A program made the translations under genes and the position numbers. From NCBI GenBank assembly GCA_001179505.1, contig CDMY01000377.1, positions 30,800 through 94,799 on the forward strand: a stretch of 64,000 nucleotides of DNA. Direction: 5' to 3'. The stretch's first letter is position 1, and each line of letters starts with the position of its first letter. The notes under the pieces were generated by a model. That model made no database searches. It saw only the letters and a list, made by a program, of their open reading frames with translations, and was not told the DNA's origin. Source of the DNA: Vitrella brassicaformis CCMP3155 (Eukaryota; Protista; Chromerida). Shown here piece after piece: positions 36,390 to 49,096 of the stretch.

Positions 36390-37505
36390 ATGCAGCCCAC
36401 TGGTGCAGCCCACTCCTCGTCCCGTCCGCCCAGCCCTGCCCTCTTCCAGCCCGCCGACCTCTTTGACCTGTCATTGCCCATCAGCAAGATGGCCGCCATG
36501 GCCATGGCGACTGACGGTGCCAAACGAGCCGCTCTCCGCTCGCAGATCGTCACCCGCACTCGGCAACAGGAGCTGCTGGGCCACACTGCGGAGACCGTCA
36601 ACAGCACCCTGCTCAACGCCGTCCAGCAGCACATCGACAAGGCCATCAGTCGTCTCGGCCTGGCGGACGTGTTGTCCTTCGACATTGGCGGTGATTCGGA
36701 GGCCGGCTTGAAGGTGGTCTACGTGCTGGAGCGGGGCACTGGCGAGGAGTGGCGGGCGATGGGGCGGTTCCTTCGGATGGCATTCATCTACCGGCTGACC
36801 CCCAATGCGACGCGTCCTCTTCGTCTGTCGGCCGCCATATTGCCCACAGCCTTTAACTTCCATCAGCTGCCACTCACCGTGGCCATCTACAAGATTATCG
36901 GACACCAGCTCAGAAACAGAGGGACCAGCCTGGTGCTGCAGCAAACCGGCAACGGACACTATCGGATTGGCAATGAGTCGTTTCGTGTGGTGCCGTTGGG
37001 TGAGCTGCCTGGCGGCCACCGCTATGCTGAGGGCTACAAGCGGACTGATCCCGCCATCCGCTGCAGCGTCAGGCTCTACCGCTCATTCTCGACACGTCTG
37101 CTGTACACGCTGCGCGTCAGCTGGTCGATTGGAGAGGGGGTGGTTGATAGGAGGGTGCTCTTCGCACACATCGGCCGTGACGACCCTCGCTATCGCCGAC
37201 TGGTGACCGAGGGCATTACAGACGATTTGGGCATCGCTGTCGACTGGCGCAATGATGGGGACGATCTGAATGCTGCTGATGCGACAGACGATCGTCGCGT
37301 GATTGTGAGCGGTTTCCGACTCAACGACACCATCGCTGCCCATCTGTGGGTGGGGAATGGCTACATCCACCTGTGGACGACTGAGGCACCTGCTGCCAAT
37401 CGGGCTCATCCGCCCGCCGACCGCGATCCCGTTTCGGTTGGTTCCGCCCGCTATGTACTGCGGCGATTCGGTCTCGAGAGTGACGTCATCGACAGGGGAG
37501 GGTAA
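36390..37505 (+). CDS. Family A subtype A2 (helical N-terminus instead of the F-box-like motif), intact and intronless
   Basis: 371-aa ORF MQPTGAAHSSS...VYVLERGTGEEWRAMGRFLRMAFIYRLTP...FRVVPLGELPGGHRYAEGYKRTDP...FGLESDVIDRGG*. Confidence 0.85.
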   Translation: MQPTGAAHSSSRPPSPALFQPADLFDLSLPISKMAAMAMATDGAKRAALRSQIVTRTRQQELLGHTAETVNSTLLNAVQQHIDKAISRLGLADVLSFDIGGDSEAGLKVVYVLERGTGEEWRAMGRFLRMAFIYRLTPNATRPLRLSAAILPTAFNFHQLPLTVAIYKIIGHQLRNRGTSLVLQQTGNGHYRIGNESFRVVPLGELPGGHRYAEGYKRTDPAIRCSVRLYRSFSTRLLYTLRVSWSIGEGVVDRRVLFAHIGRDDPRYRRLVTEGITDDLGIAVDWRNDGDDLNAADATDDRRVIVSGFRLNDTIAAHLWVGNGYIHLWTTEAPAANRAHPPADRDPVSVGSARYVLRRFGLESDVIDRGG

Positions 37506-37641
37506 TAGGGTGAGGAGTGCCGGCTGGCTGAGATTACTGTCGTTATGTCGTTGTGAGCGGCTGGCGAGCTTCTGAGACCGCCGCTGTCTGCCTCAAGTCT
37601 GCCTGTGGGTCGCGTTCGGCGATATCCACCTGCTTACGACC

Positions 37642-37770
37642 GTGAAAGGTACTGCTCGTCGGGTTCTGTCGCTTGCCCACCGATTCCGCATTTCGGAGCC
37701 CTTGTGGTGCCGTCTGCTGCGGCGGTACGATCTGGAGACCGACGTCCTTGATAGGGGACGGTGGTTGAAT
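37642..37770 (+). pseudogene. Family A C-terminal remnant
   Basis: SLAHRFRISEPLWCRLLRRYDLETDVLDRG, followed by the A-type 3' flank. Confidence 0.75.
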
Positions 37771-38598
37771 GAGTGTTGCTGGCCGGCGACGGGTGGTGTT
37801 GCTGTATGCTGGACGGGCAGTGTGTTAGTAGTGGAGGGGGACAGGGGAACAGGCTTTGATTGGGGGGGGGGNNNNNNNNNNNNNNNNNNNNNNNNNNNNN
37901 NNNNNNNNNNNNNNNNNNNNNNNNNNNNNNNNNNNNNNNNNNNNNNNNNNNNNNNNNNNNNNNNNNNNNNNNNNNNNNNNNNNNNNNNNNNNNNNNNNNN
38001 NNNNNNNNNNNNNNNNNNNNNNNNNNNNNNNNNNNNNNNNNNNNNNNNNNNNNNNNNNNNNNNNNNNNNNNNNNNNNNNNNNNNNNNNNNNNNNNNNNNN
38101 NNNNNNNNNNNNNNNNNNNNNNNNNNNNNNNNNNNNNNNNNNNNNNNNNNNNNNNNNNNNNNNNNNNNNNNTGGGGGGGGGGGTGAGTGGTGCTGGATTG
38201 AAACGTCATGTATTGGTTGCGTACAAGGAATACGTGTGTGTGCGATGTGTGCGATGAGTGACTTATTGACGTGAATCTTCTATCGATTGATAAGATGTCA
38301 GCAGCATCCATCCCATTATATTATGGACGCACACTCAATGACGCCCGAATCGGCACGCACACGACTTGAGCATCACAAGTCAGGTACGCACCGACATAGC
38401 CACCGTCGCACGAGCCCTTTTCATGCCGTCATCGCAAGCAAGACATCAAAGCATCAACGAATTGATCGGCGATGTCACATGGGCAAGCATTGGCCGACGT
38501 CAAACAAGCACACCGGCGCCTGTATACGAACAGGTGTCTTCACAGCTCAAGGGGAAGAAGCAAGACGCAAAAAAGAAGGCCATACAATGTCAACGCAG

Positions 38599-39230
38599 TC
38601 ACCCGCTCTTCGGTGTGAGGGCGATGTAAGCAGCCCACATCAGCAAGCCGATCTTCGCCGTCTCCGTCACAGCCACCACCCTGTGTGCCGTCTTGAGCCA
38701 CGGCACCTTCTGCTTGTCCACCGGCTCGCCCCTCTCCTCGCACCCAATCACATAGTCGCCCCCTTTCAGCAGACACGGCACCGGGAACACGTGGCTGTGG
38801 AACAGCGAGACCGCCAGAGCACCCATCAGCGGCAGATTCAGTCCTCTCCCGTCGTCCGTATTGTGGCCGGACAGCACTCGCCGCGCCTCGAGCATGGCTT
38901 GGACAGCCGCCAGAGAGGTCTCCACCCGCCTGTAGCTTCTGAATAGATGCGTGCCGACGCGAAGCAGCTTGGAGCGGGGCACTTCGGGGGTCGAGAACTT
39001 GACGCCGGCGTCATGGATGATGCCGAGGGACATGCCGGCCCAGATGAGCGATATGTAGCCATCAGCCGACATGGGATCTGACGCACACACGGTCACAGAC
39101 AGAAGCCACATTCAGACACACGCTCTACATACGTTGTCAACAGTGAATGCGTTTTGTCTGTAAGCTGTACCTGAGCACCCTGAAGCTGCGTGAAGAGGAC
39201 GGATTCACCCAGCGTTGACGCCCAAATAGA
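38599..39230 (-). CDS. Hypothetical protein
   Basis: ORF segment DPMSADGYISLIWAGMSLGIIHDAGVKFSTPEV...PVPCLLKGGDYVIGCEERG. Protein-like, no family recognised. Confidence 0.45.
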
Positions 39231-39847
39231 GACCAGGCAGGACAGTCAGATGGCGTGCACGCACAACACGGAATCTAATATATTGCACGCGATGATGGGG
39301 ATGATCTCAATGAGAGAGGAGGAGATTGGCTCATGGTAGGAGAAGTTCATCGAGCGTTCCTCTTTTCAAGCTCGCAACCGATCCGGAGTCGCGCCGCCTT
39401 TCTTTCATTGATTTTTGCTACCGAGGAGCTGAGTGGCTGCAACAAGACGACCCATGGACATATACATGTCCATCTCTTCAATGCATCGCGCGGTGTATCT
39501 CAGGCATGATGTGTCTCAACCATCGGTCTGGTGGTTCTGTCTATCCCATCACTCGTGGCGCTCCCTTCCCTCCGTCCGTCACTTTCTCCCCCGCCCATCC
39601 CATGAATGAATCAACACAAGGCGTCAGCGTTATGGATATGCACACAATGCAACACCAGCCAGCAGCCAGGCACCCAACCCCGACAGACGGCCGTAGTGTA
39701 CACGACAGACAGACAGACAGACAGACAAGACAGACATCCACACAGCACACACGAGTCAGTCATTCTCAGTCAGATTCTGCACGCATGGATGCCCCCCCTC
39801 CCTCCCTCCCTCCCTCTATCATCTGTGATTCAATGGTTGGTGTTAGG

Positions 39848-42800
39848 TCAGGTCACTTTCCGCTTCTTGCTCCGCGTCATGTATGTCGGCTCAGCGGCGA
39901 CGGGCACAGCGGCTGCAGCAGGGTCAGAAATCGGCTGGTCGGCGGGATTGGCTGGCGCCACAGCCTCCACCGCCGCCGTCCCCCTCTGCCGCTTCTTGCC
40001 GTCGCCCGCCTGATGGTTCCTCCTTCGCCCCTTGGCGCCTCGCTGGCCGCCCTCGTGCAGCTCAGTGTCCGCCGCCCTTTTGTTGTTGCCCTTGTTGTTC
40101 TCTGTCCTGCGGGCGCTCTGGGGCGCATAGGGGCGCTGCTGCTCCTCACTGGCAGCCAGGAGGGATCGCTTCTTGCCCCGCTCTGTCTGCTCCTGTTGCA
40201 GTCCGAGCCCTGGCGCCCGGCGCCTTGTGTGCATGAGCAGCTTCTCCCTGTGCTGCGTGACGGCCTGCTGGGCGGCGTCGAGGAGGAAACCGAAGGGCAG
40301 AGTGGCGATATCAGGGGCACCCATGGTGGTCGGGCTGAAGGCCTCACACACCGACTTCGGCTGCACACATACGTACAAGAGAGGCACAAAGATGCAATCA
40401 TGGATCGGGTCGACGGACGGCTTGGGAGGGGTTTCCTCTGTCTGCCCACCAGGGAGTGGGTGTTGATGCGCGCCAGGGCCCGTGCGATCGTGAGAGGCGC
40501 CAGATGCTTGACAGCCACGTCTCTCGTGCTCACGGTCGGTGGCTGCTCAGTCAACTCGTACAGAAGAGGCCTGCATGGATAACACACAAAGCAACCGCAT
40601 GCACAGTGGATGGATGGATGAATTGATGTGCTGCATGACTTAGTACATGTTCTTGAGTGTGTTCTTGACGGCGTGTGAGAGCTGGTTGGCGATCTTGGTG
40701 CGGTGCCTGACGCCGTTGCGAGTACTGATGCCCCACTGGTCGACTTGGTCACTGTTCATGGGGGCCGAGACGAATAGCTGCACACAAGACACAGACACGC
40801 ACACGCACACAGTGAAAGCACTGAGCTCGGCAAAGAGACAGACGTACCACGCAGATGTACTTACGTGTTTGAATCTGAGGAAACTTTCGCTGCCGATCTC
40901 GCCGCCGCAGATTTCCAGCCGCGACTGCACAATGAGGCCGTCGGCCTTGGCTGCGCCGACGGCGGCGTCGCACACCACCTGCAGCAGACTACGGGGACAC
41001 CCAGCACCGCCCTGGGTATGCGCGAAATACGCCTGCACGCATTCAAAGACACTGCGGTGTGGGCCGTGTGTGGGGGTGAGTGAGTGAGTGAGTGTGTGCG
41101 TACCTGGACGAGCGAATTCAGTTTGTCTTGTCGCGCCTGTGCGCCGGTTTCCTTGGTGGACAGGTACAAGGCCATGAAGGCCGCCTCCAATTTGGCAACA
41201 CTACCCCTGATCGATACACACGCGCATGGATGGACGCCACACACACACACACACACACAGACAGAGAGAGAGAGAGAAGAACACATACAAGCCCGTCCCC
41301 CCTCCCACCCCTGTCTGTCCGTGTATCTATCTGCCTGCCTGCCTGCCTGCCGCTCCTTACTTGAGTGTCTCATACAGCTTCTGTAGGGTAGCCTCCACAG
41401 CCGCCCTCATGCCCCCAAATGCATCCTCACGACCATCTTCCTGTTGCTCGCCTCCCCTCATGACGACCACCACGCCCCACGCCTGCCAATCGCACCTGCC
41501 CACCGCGAAGCCCTCGTCATGCGCCGCCTTGGCCAGCTCCTTTGACAGCTCCGGGGGGCTCCTGCCCGTGGCGGTGACGGCGTCCGTCGCACGCACACTC
41601 CACACACCATTGGCGTGCTGCGTGGCGCTGGCCATGAAGGACCGCATGAAGTCGCATTTCTCGCACACGGCTTCCTTGGTGGTCCGGGAGAAGCGCAGCT
41701 TGTATGTGAGGGGCACGTTTGGGTAGATGCGACTGGTGCTGGTGGTGGGTGGGCCGTCTTGCTGCTGCTGCTGCTGCTGCTGGTGCTGTATCGTCTGGTC
41801 GAGCATGCGGAAGAAGGTCGTGACATCATCGGGTGCCTGGGCCTTGAGAGCCGCCATGGCGTTAGTCGACGGCAGACTGACGGCCACCACACGACCACCA
41901 CCACCACCTTGGCCACTTTCAGGCTGCTGGTCCGACCGGCTGACGTGTATAGATGTGTGGATGCTGGTGTTGGTGTGTGCATTGGGGCGTGGCTTGATGA
42001 GGCCGTCCATGAGTGTGCAGGCGAGGCGTGTGGCCGCCCAGGGGTCCACCAACGGCACGCTCGCGTTGCGGTGCATCATGAGAAGGTCCTCGGGACGCAC
42101 GAAGACATGAGAATGGCCGCGGGGGCCATCAGCACCTGACACACAGACAGACAGACAGGCAGGCAGGCAGGCAGAGAGAGGGAGAGAGGTACGGTGCAGA
42201 CGTGTCGGTCGGTCGTGTTATGCCCCCGCGGTCATGCGTGTGTACGCACCGTTGTCGTGCGGCTGTCCGCCTGTGTATTTGGTGTCCTTGACGTAGTTCT
42301 CGATAGACTGCGGGATGGTCATGTGGATGACCCCATCCGCTCGCGGCGCGTGGCCTGCGTGGACGAGGTCAACGCCATTCGTCGCAACCAACACGCGAAC
42401 CTTCCCTACACACACATAGACACGACACAACACAACACCGGTGGGCAGGCATGTTATGTCATGCGTGTCTGTATGCTCCGCGCGTGTGTGTGTGTGTGTG
42501 TGGATGGACGCCCATAGCCCACTCAGTCCTTCACCTGTCATGAATCGGTCCATCACGGCGGCCAGCTGTGCCCTCGTTCGCCCCAAGTGATAGGTCTCCA
42601 CCTCCCCAAACGCACCTGCAAAGCACACAACAAACCACAACAGTACACAGTACAAGTGCATGTGTCATCCATCCACCAGCCTGTCACTCTCTGAGTGGTG
42701 TGTATGTCCTAACTTACGTGTTTTCATCAGGGCATCTGCAAGCATCTCAGCGTCAGACTGTCGCCATGCAAAGACGACGATGGTCTTCATGGCCGCCCAG

Positions 42801-42949
42801 GGATACTTCCTGAGCAGCGACTTGACCTCCATGACCCGGTGGAAGTCCCAACGGTGCTCGCTGTACGTCATGCCAAAGACGCCATCGTCATTGGAGCCAG
42901 CTGGACAGACAGCACAGGGAGGAAAGGAGTTGAGGGCTTATTGTTCAGA

Positions 42950-42980
<31 letters not shown>

Positions 42981-43701
42981 TTTGGGTCTGGCGTGTCTGT
43001 CCGTTGTGGTTGTGTGCAGCGCCTGTGTACCTGAGTCTTGGCGACGTTCTTGGCCGTTGGCGGGGCGGTCGCGCGCAGACAAAGACTCAGGCACCTGCAC
43101 ACAGACAGACATAGAGTGACGATGCCCAAAGATGGAGGGAGGCACATCATATCGACAAAGTTTGTGAGTGAGAGATTAATCCTCACTCACTCACTCGAGG
43201 TTCGTTGACATCTCGATTGGCAAGACGGCTCCTATCCCTTTTCCCCATGGTCTTCCTGTTCTCCTCCCCACCCTGCTGCCGCTGCTGTGTGACGGGGGAG
43301 GGCATCTCCAGAGGCAGGAACGGGTTGTGGATAGGCGGAGACGGAGGCGCCGCGCCGCGGAGGTCCGGCCCCTGCTGCCTGCCGCTCTGCAGCTCCTGTG
43401 ACCGTGACGCGACGGGCAGGGACGACAGCGGGTGCGATGCCCTCTGCTGCTGGGGGTGCTGGGGGTGGTTGGTTGTGGGTGAGCGACGGTGACCGGAATG
43501 CGGCAAACCGTTGGTCCCATACTGCGAATCAGCACGTGAGTGGACGTTGCGTGACGAGTAGGAAGGGTGAAGAGCGATGGACGGTTGGCTCAGCTGCAGG
43601 CGTGACAAGGGTCCTGAAGGCCGTGGGGGCTCCGGCGAGCCCGGGCTGCCCGGCATGACTGCTGATGAACAAAGAACACTGACCAACTCAGACCTGCACA
43701 C
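39848..43701 (-). CDS. RECQL4/Hrq1-like protein, C-terminal half only, helicase motifs degenerate; 5' end approximate
   Basis: In-frame spliced exons give TIVVFAWRQSDAEMLADAL, ETYHLGRTRAQLAAVMDRFMTGKVRVLVATNGVD, VIHMTIPQSIENYV, DGPRGHSHVFVRPEDLLMMHRN, LTIARALARI and LPFGFLLDAAQQAV. These parallel RECQL4 IIIYCNRREDTERIAA, YHAG...FMQGQLRVVVAT, VLHLGLPPSFESY, DGQPAHCHLFL..EDL, FSSRAVARI and LSFHALVGLA (recalled, not aligned computationally). Confidence 0.7.
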
Positions 43702-44269
43702 ACAGCAGCACAGCCATCCGTCACCGAGGTCAGATTATCGCTGCATGCGAACATGCGGTGCCCGGCAGTGCCCGTACGGTGCTCATCCACATGGCATTTT
43801 GTCCCACCCGCGGCTTCCTGCCTCGTCTCAGCTTCGCTTACTTGAACTATTGTGACAAACCGCGTTCTCTATGACGTCAGACAGCGGCGTTCGCCTCTGC
43901 AAAAGGTGTGGAGAGCCATTTTTCCGCCATCGCAGAGCTTTTCATGTGACTGGGGTCGGATAGGTTTCACGGATAAGCTCGCAGATGCCGCCTCGATGCA
44001 AGCGATGCAGCCTGTCATGTCGGAGGCTCAGAAACGTGGCTGCCTAGAGCTTGTGTCTTGAGATCTGCATATATCTCTGTGCTATGAGGCTGCTGCGTGG
44101 GCTGCTGCCTTCTTGCAGCATGCAGACCATGGCATACAGATTGATCCATCGGCCGTCCTCATGCTCACCTCTATTGGGATCTTCGACCAGCTATCGACCA
44201 CAGAAGCGGCCGTCCCATCTCCTCCTGCACGCCTGTCCTCTCAGCACGTTCCTCTGACCGCAGCTTAGC

Positions 44270-45094
44270 GAAGAAGAAGCATCGTCTGGCGCAGCAGGAG
44301 TGTTACTTGCAAAAGGCAAGAAGAAGCGACAAGGCAGTGACGACGGCGACGGCGATGAAGGGCCTATGGATGAGGGCAAGAGGGGCGAGGTCCGTGGGAG
44401 AAGCTGGCAGCCATCCCTGACAACTACGGACAGCCTGCCTACCCCACTGGCTTCGAGCCATCCCTCTCACTGGGCGAGCTGCGGCGGCGCCTTTCCCTGA
44501 GGCTCGGGCACCCGCCTGCACTGCAACGCAGCGTCGCAGGGAGCTACATACCGCAAGGCCCGAGGCGTGTGGGTGGCCAGCCCCAAGAAGGCGCCCATCA
44601 ACAACGCAGAACAACAGAAGGTGCGTCCCAACAGAAGCCACCAAGTTGAACACCATGACCTGCACACACGTGTGGATGCGGGTGTGTGTGGGTGTCAGAG
44701 CATCAATGCGTTGAATCTGGATAGCCCCCCGGGAAGCCCCGCTCATGCGTCCAAGATGCCATGGAACATGAAGCATACCTCCAAGGGCCGCTCGTCGTCA
44801 GGTGCTCACTCAAGTATGCAAGCAAGGCGTCAGCAGTGAGCATCGGAGTACGTGTGTGCACTCGAACGAACGTGTTCCTTAGGTGGCTCCCAAGGCAGAG
44901 CTGACGGATATGGCGGCGGTGGTGGAGGTGGTGGTGGGCAGTCCTCTGCGCCTCCGCCCCTTCTCAAGACGCCCATGGGCCTGCCGAAGTGGCCGATACG
45001 GTACAGCATGCAAGGCACCTGGCGCAAAGGATGGAGGCGTGGGAAGAGAGAGATACATAGTCTTGACAATCGGTGCCGTGGGCGTCACCACTGA
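44270..45094 (+). CDS. Hypothetical low-complexity multi-exon protein
   Basis: Exon-like segments KGKKKRQGSDDGDGDEG, DSPPGSPAHASKMPWNMKH and GGGGGGGGGQSSAPPPLLKTPMGLPKWPIRYSMQGTWRKGW. Structure not resolved. Confidence 0.35.
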
Positions 45095-45437
45095 CCGCAT
45101 TCGTAGGAGGGAAGGCACGTGTATGACGTTGTGTGTGTTCGTGCGCTCCCTCCGACCAGTGCATTCATGCAGGTTTGCCGCGTGTATGACTTTGATTGAC
45201 GATATATATGGCCATACGAGTCGATGGCTATCCGCGTCCCTTCATTCATTCGTTCATTCATGGCCGCGCAGTCAGTGAGTCTAAAATCATTGCAATCATA
45301 GCTTGCATGCAAATTACCTATGTACAGAATCCCTGTACGAGACGCACTGCACTCAGTTACCATGCAGCTCAGCCAGCCCCTATCTTCAATCCATGACCAT
45401 ATATCCCATGTACCCCATCACTGTTCTCCCACATTGA

Positions 45438-46385
45438 TCAATGACCTACCCAGTAACCAGCACCCGTCCCCCTGTATGTCCTGTCGATGACGTCACTCGC
45501 GAGATTGAACCGCCGCAGCACGATATGGCCAGCGACGGACCACGGTCTCGCCAGGCCGGAAGCCGCGCACACCATCACACGACGACGGTCCATCGCATCG
45601 GTATCATCCAGATCGCCGTGGTCGCAGCGCGAGTCGACAGTGATGCCCAAATTCTCTAATGCCCTCGGTCACCGATCGGCGACAGCGAGGATCGTCACGG
45701 CCGACATTTGCAGTGAGCACTGTCCTGAGAGCACTGTCTTGTCGCGCACCACGCCCAGAGGAGCCTTTGCAGCAGGAATGTCGAGAATGAGCGGTGGAGA
45801 TAGCCGCAGCGGATGGCGGGGTCGGTCCTCTTGTAGCCCTCAGCATAGGGATGGCCGCCCGGCAGCTCACCCAACGGCACCACACGAAAGGTCATGTTGC
45901 CAATCCGATACTGTCCGTTGCCGGCTTGCTGCAGCGCCAGGCTGCGTGTGTTGTGTGAACAGGTGGCCGAACAGCCGATAGATTGCCATGGCCAATGGCA
46001 GCTGGTGGAATGCCGTCCTGCTGGGCAGGTGGGCTGTCAGCCACTGAGCCGACAGCACCAGGGGCAGCCCATTGGCAGGCGTCAGCCGATAGATGGCGGC
46101 CAGCCGGATGAGCCGTCCCATCCCAGGCCACTCGTCGCTGCCCTGCTCCAGCACATAGGCCGCCCGCAGCACATAGGTGAATGGGAGAGGGGCGGTGCGG
46201 TCGATGTCGATGAGGCCGGTGAGTGGGTGGCGGGCGAGGGAGCCGTCGATGCGCTCCACCAGCAGAGCGGCGGTCACCATAGGCGCCTTCGCCCGGCAGG
46301 TCCCTCGGACACAGACCGCCTCATGGACGAGAAGGGACGGGATAATGCGCCGGTGCCACAGGTCGTCGGGCACCGAATCAGACAT
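45438..46385 (-). pseudogene. Family A1 pseudogene
   Basis: MSDSVPDDLWHRRIIPSLL start. -2 frameshift at ~45950, further frameshifts at ~45750 and ~45650, and an internal deletion in the C-terminal region. Confidence 0.85.
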
Positions 46386-46738
46386 CCTGGCGAAGCACTC
46401 AGTCAGCACCTTCCAGACAGCACACAGGCACGACACACACAAAGAAGAGCGACTTCCTCCAAGGGCCATCCCTTCACGGAGATGTGGGAATCTTCTCTTA
46501 CCCATCCTCAGCTGAGCCTCATGACTGCAGCATGATCAGCATGATCGGAGAGAGTGAGGAGTGACTGCAGCACCAGATCTGTCAGGCCGCCTAGGGTGCT
46601 CCCTGAAACCGCTTCTCGCATTCCTCACCCCATTGGCTTCTGTGCAGACTCCTTCGGCCACCATTCCAATCCGTCATCCCCCCAATCATCTCAGCAATCT
46701 CATTCATTACCTGAGTGATTTGCGTCCCTTCAGCGAGG

Positions 46739-49096
46739 ATGGGAGGCAACGTGAGTCGTGATGTGATGCTCACCCCCGCCCCAGAGCCCTCCTCGTTCAT
46801 CGCCATATGCACCAAGACAAGCAGGGGCCTTTGCTTGCTGCACTTCCCGGCCGGCCTTCGCGAGAAAGCCATCGCTGTCGTGAGAACGCACTGGACAGAC
46901 GGCGGAAACGTTATTGTGGAGCAGTTCGGGGGATGCACCAAGTGAGCAAATGGATCAGTGTTCCGGGGGGACATGGATGAGTGTGTGTGTGTGCTTGTGT
47001 GTCTGTCAGGTTGAAGCTCGAGAGTGGGATGTTCAGCACCCCCTGGCTAAGCACAAACACGGTCGGTGCGGCAGGGAGGGGTGGTTGCATGTGTGTCCCT
47101 TTCTGTATGTGTGAGCGTGACGACTGTGTGTGGTGTGGACTAATGCAGGACGGTTGTGGGACTCGTGTGTGCATCGCCAGGATGCTGGCGGCCCTGCTGC
47201 ACACGCTGGCGCAGGACGGTTACCTGCCCTACGCATCCACACAGATACACAGATGCAGACAACACCAGGTGCCACACACTACAGACGACTTGACGACTTT
47301 CACATCCGCATGATGGATCCATTCATTCAGGTGCCCGACGTGATCATCCTGAGAAAACACGATCCTCTACCCTCCGCCCCCCCGATGGACGACATCAACA
47401 AACCGACCGAGGAGGACCAATCTTATCCGTCTTCGATTCTCTACCCGACCGTCGCCCCTCCCCCCTACGCACCCTCCCACCAGCAGTATCAGCAGCAGCC
47501 GACCGAGCCCTACTTCGCCATCGGCCTCAACAGATGGGGCACTTTGCGGCTGATCCAGGCGCCGCCCGCCCTTGTGGACGCCATCCCGTCGCTCATCCAG
47601 CAGTTCTGGGGGGGGTCGTTCAAGCGCGAAGATCGAAGAGCCAGCACCAACAGCCAGGTGAATGTGGTTGAGGGGATAGACAGGACGGGCTTGCTAGCGG
47701 GGAGGAGCCAGCCGGCGGATGTGGTGGACTTCCGGATCAATGGGTCGCCATGGTATGCCGACGGAGACTCGGCTGTTACTGCACGGCAGGTACGCCCCGC
47801 ACAGATGCATGCGGGGCATCTCCATGTACCCATCTCTTTCCGGGTTCTCTCTGCCTGTCTGTCTGTCTGTCTGTGTATGTGTATGTCTGCGCATGTGTAT
47901 GTCAGCTTTTGTGTGGGCTGTTGACCCATCTGTGGCAGCTCAACTACGACCTGCTGTGTGCAGTGTCCCTGAACACCAGCTGCGGCCTCTCCACACTCGT
48001 CATGGGAAAGAGTGAGGGCATCCAGGGCGACGGGCGGGACATCATGGCCCTCGCCATGAGCCGCTACGACACACTGCGGCTCTTCAATGCGCCTCAGGGC
48101 ACGCCCGCTGCAGGTCAGTGGGCCGACGTGCCACACACGCGCAGGGGGTGATCAAGAACATGAGCCAGCGTGTCTCATTTGGTGTGCTGTGTGAACGATC
48201 CACCAGTGCGTTCGTGCATTGAGCGGCATTGGACGAGAGGCATCAAGTCGACGACGGACAGCGTCAGCGGGGCCACAGCCATTCCTTGCATGGAGTTCCA
48301 GATGAACGGAAACCCTTGGTACGCAACTCCCCCCACCCCCCACCACACACACACACCCCTCACCCCAACAAGCATGTGCTCTCTTGTGTGCCTTTCTTTT
48401 GTTTGCCAACTCCCACCGTATGCAGGTGGTGTTCCAACTGGCACATGGCGTCCACCGAGGCGCGCAACATGATAGCGGCCATCCTGGAGGACCTCATGCA
48501 GAGGGGCTGGCTGCCATGGGGCAAGGCCGCCGGCAGCATCAACATGACCGTCAAAGAGGCCGACACGTCCCTTATGGTCTTCACGAGAAACGATGATAAC
48601 CACGGCAGCCGACGAGCCACTGGTCCGCTGATATGGGTGAGCCTGTTTGATCGACACCTGGTGCGTGTGGGGGGGCCGGGGAGCGTCGTGCCTCCGCAGC
48701 CGGTACTCGAGGCCATCAGGCGCGCCCTGCAGTACTGGCCCACACAGAAACCGCCATACGAGCAGGTCGAGCACCGGACCACCACACACACACACAGAGA
48801 GAGAGAAATGTACCCACTCGGCTGCTTTTCCCCTTGTGTGCCTCTGTCTGTGCTGTGTGTATCATCAGGGGCGTCTGTCATGCTGGGAGTTTCGCCTGTC
48901 TGCTGGGTCGCCTTGGCACAGCGGCAACACCGACTGCGTGCATGCCTGTCACGTCGTGATGCGGCTCTTTGACGAGATGTATCGGTGCGGGTGGGAGGTC
49001 TGTGCGGCCGTCGATATGGCCAAGGCATTCTATAAGCCGGACAAGTCGCCGGCCTACAAGATAGACTGCGACACATGGTTCTTTCGACAGAGATAA
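46739..49096 (+). CDS. Multi-exon protein made of four ~100-aa repeats, with an N-myristoylation motif
   Basis: Starts MGGNVS. Each repeat has LRL...AP...I..(H/F/Y)W...(E/D)F...G.PW...(A)R.(L/I)...L...G(W/Y). Stop at 49096 (CDTWFFRQR*). Confidence 0.75.

Noticed and set aside
39326-40582. 418-aa plus-strand ORF and many other long antisense/overlapping ORFs in the track
   Set aside because: They are shadows of GC-rich genes on the opposite strand or translations of microsatellite introns, with no domain-like content.
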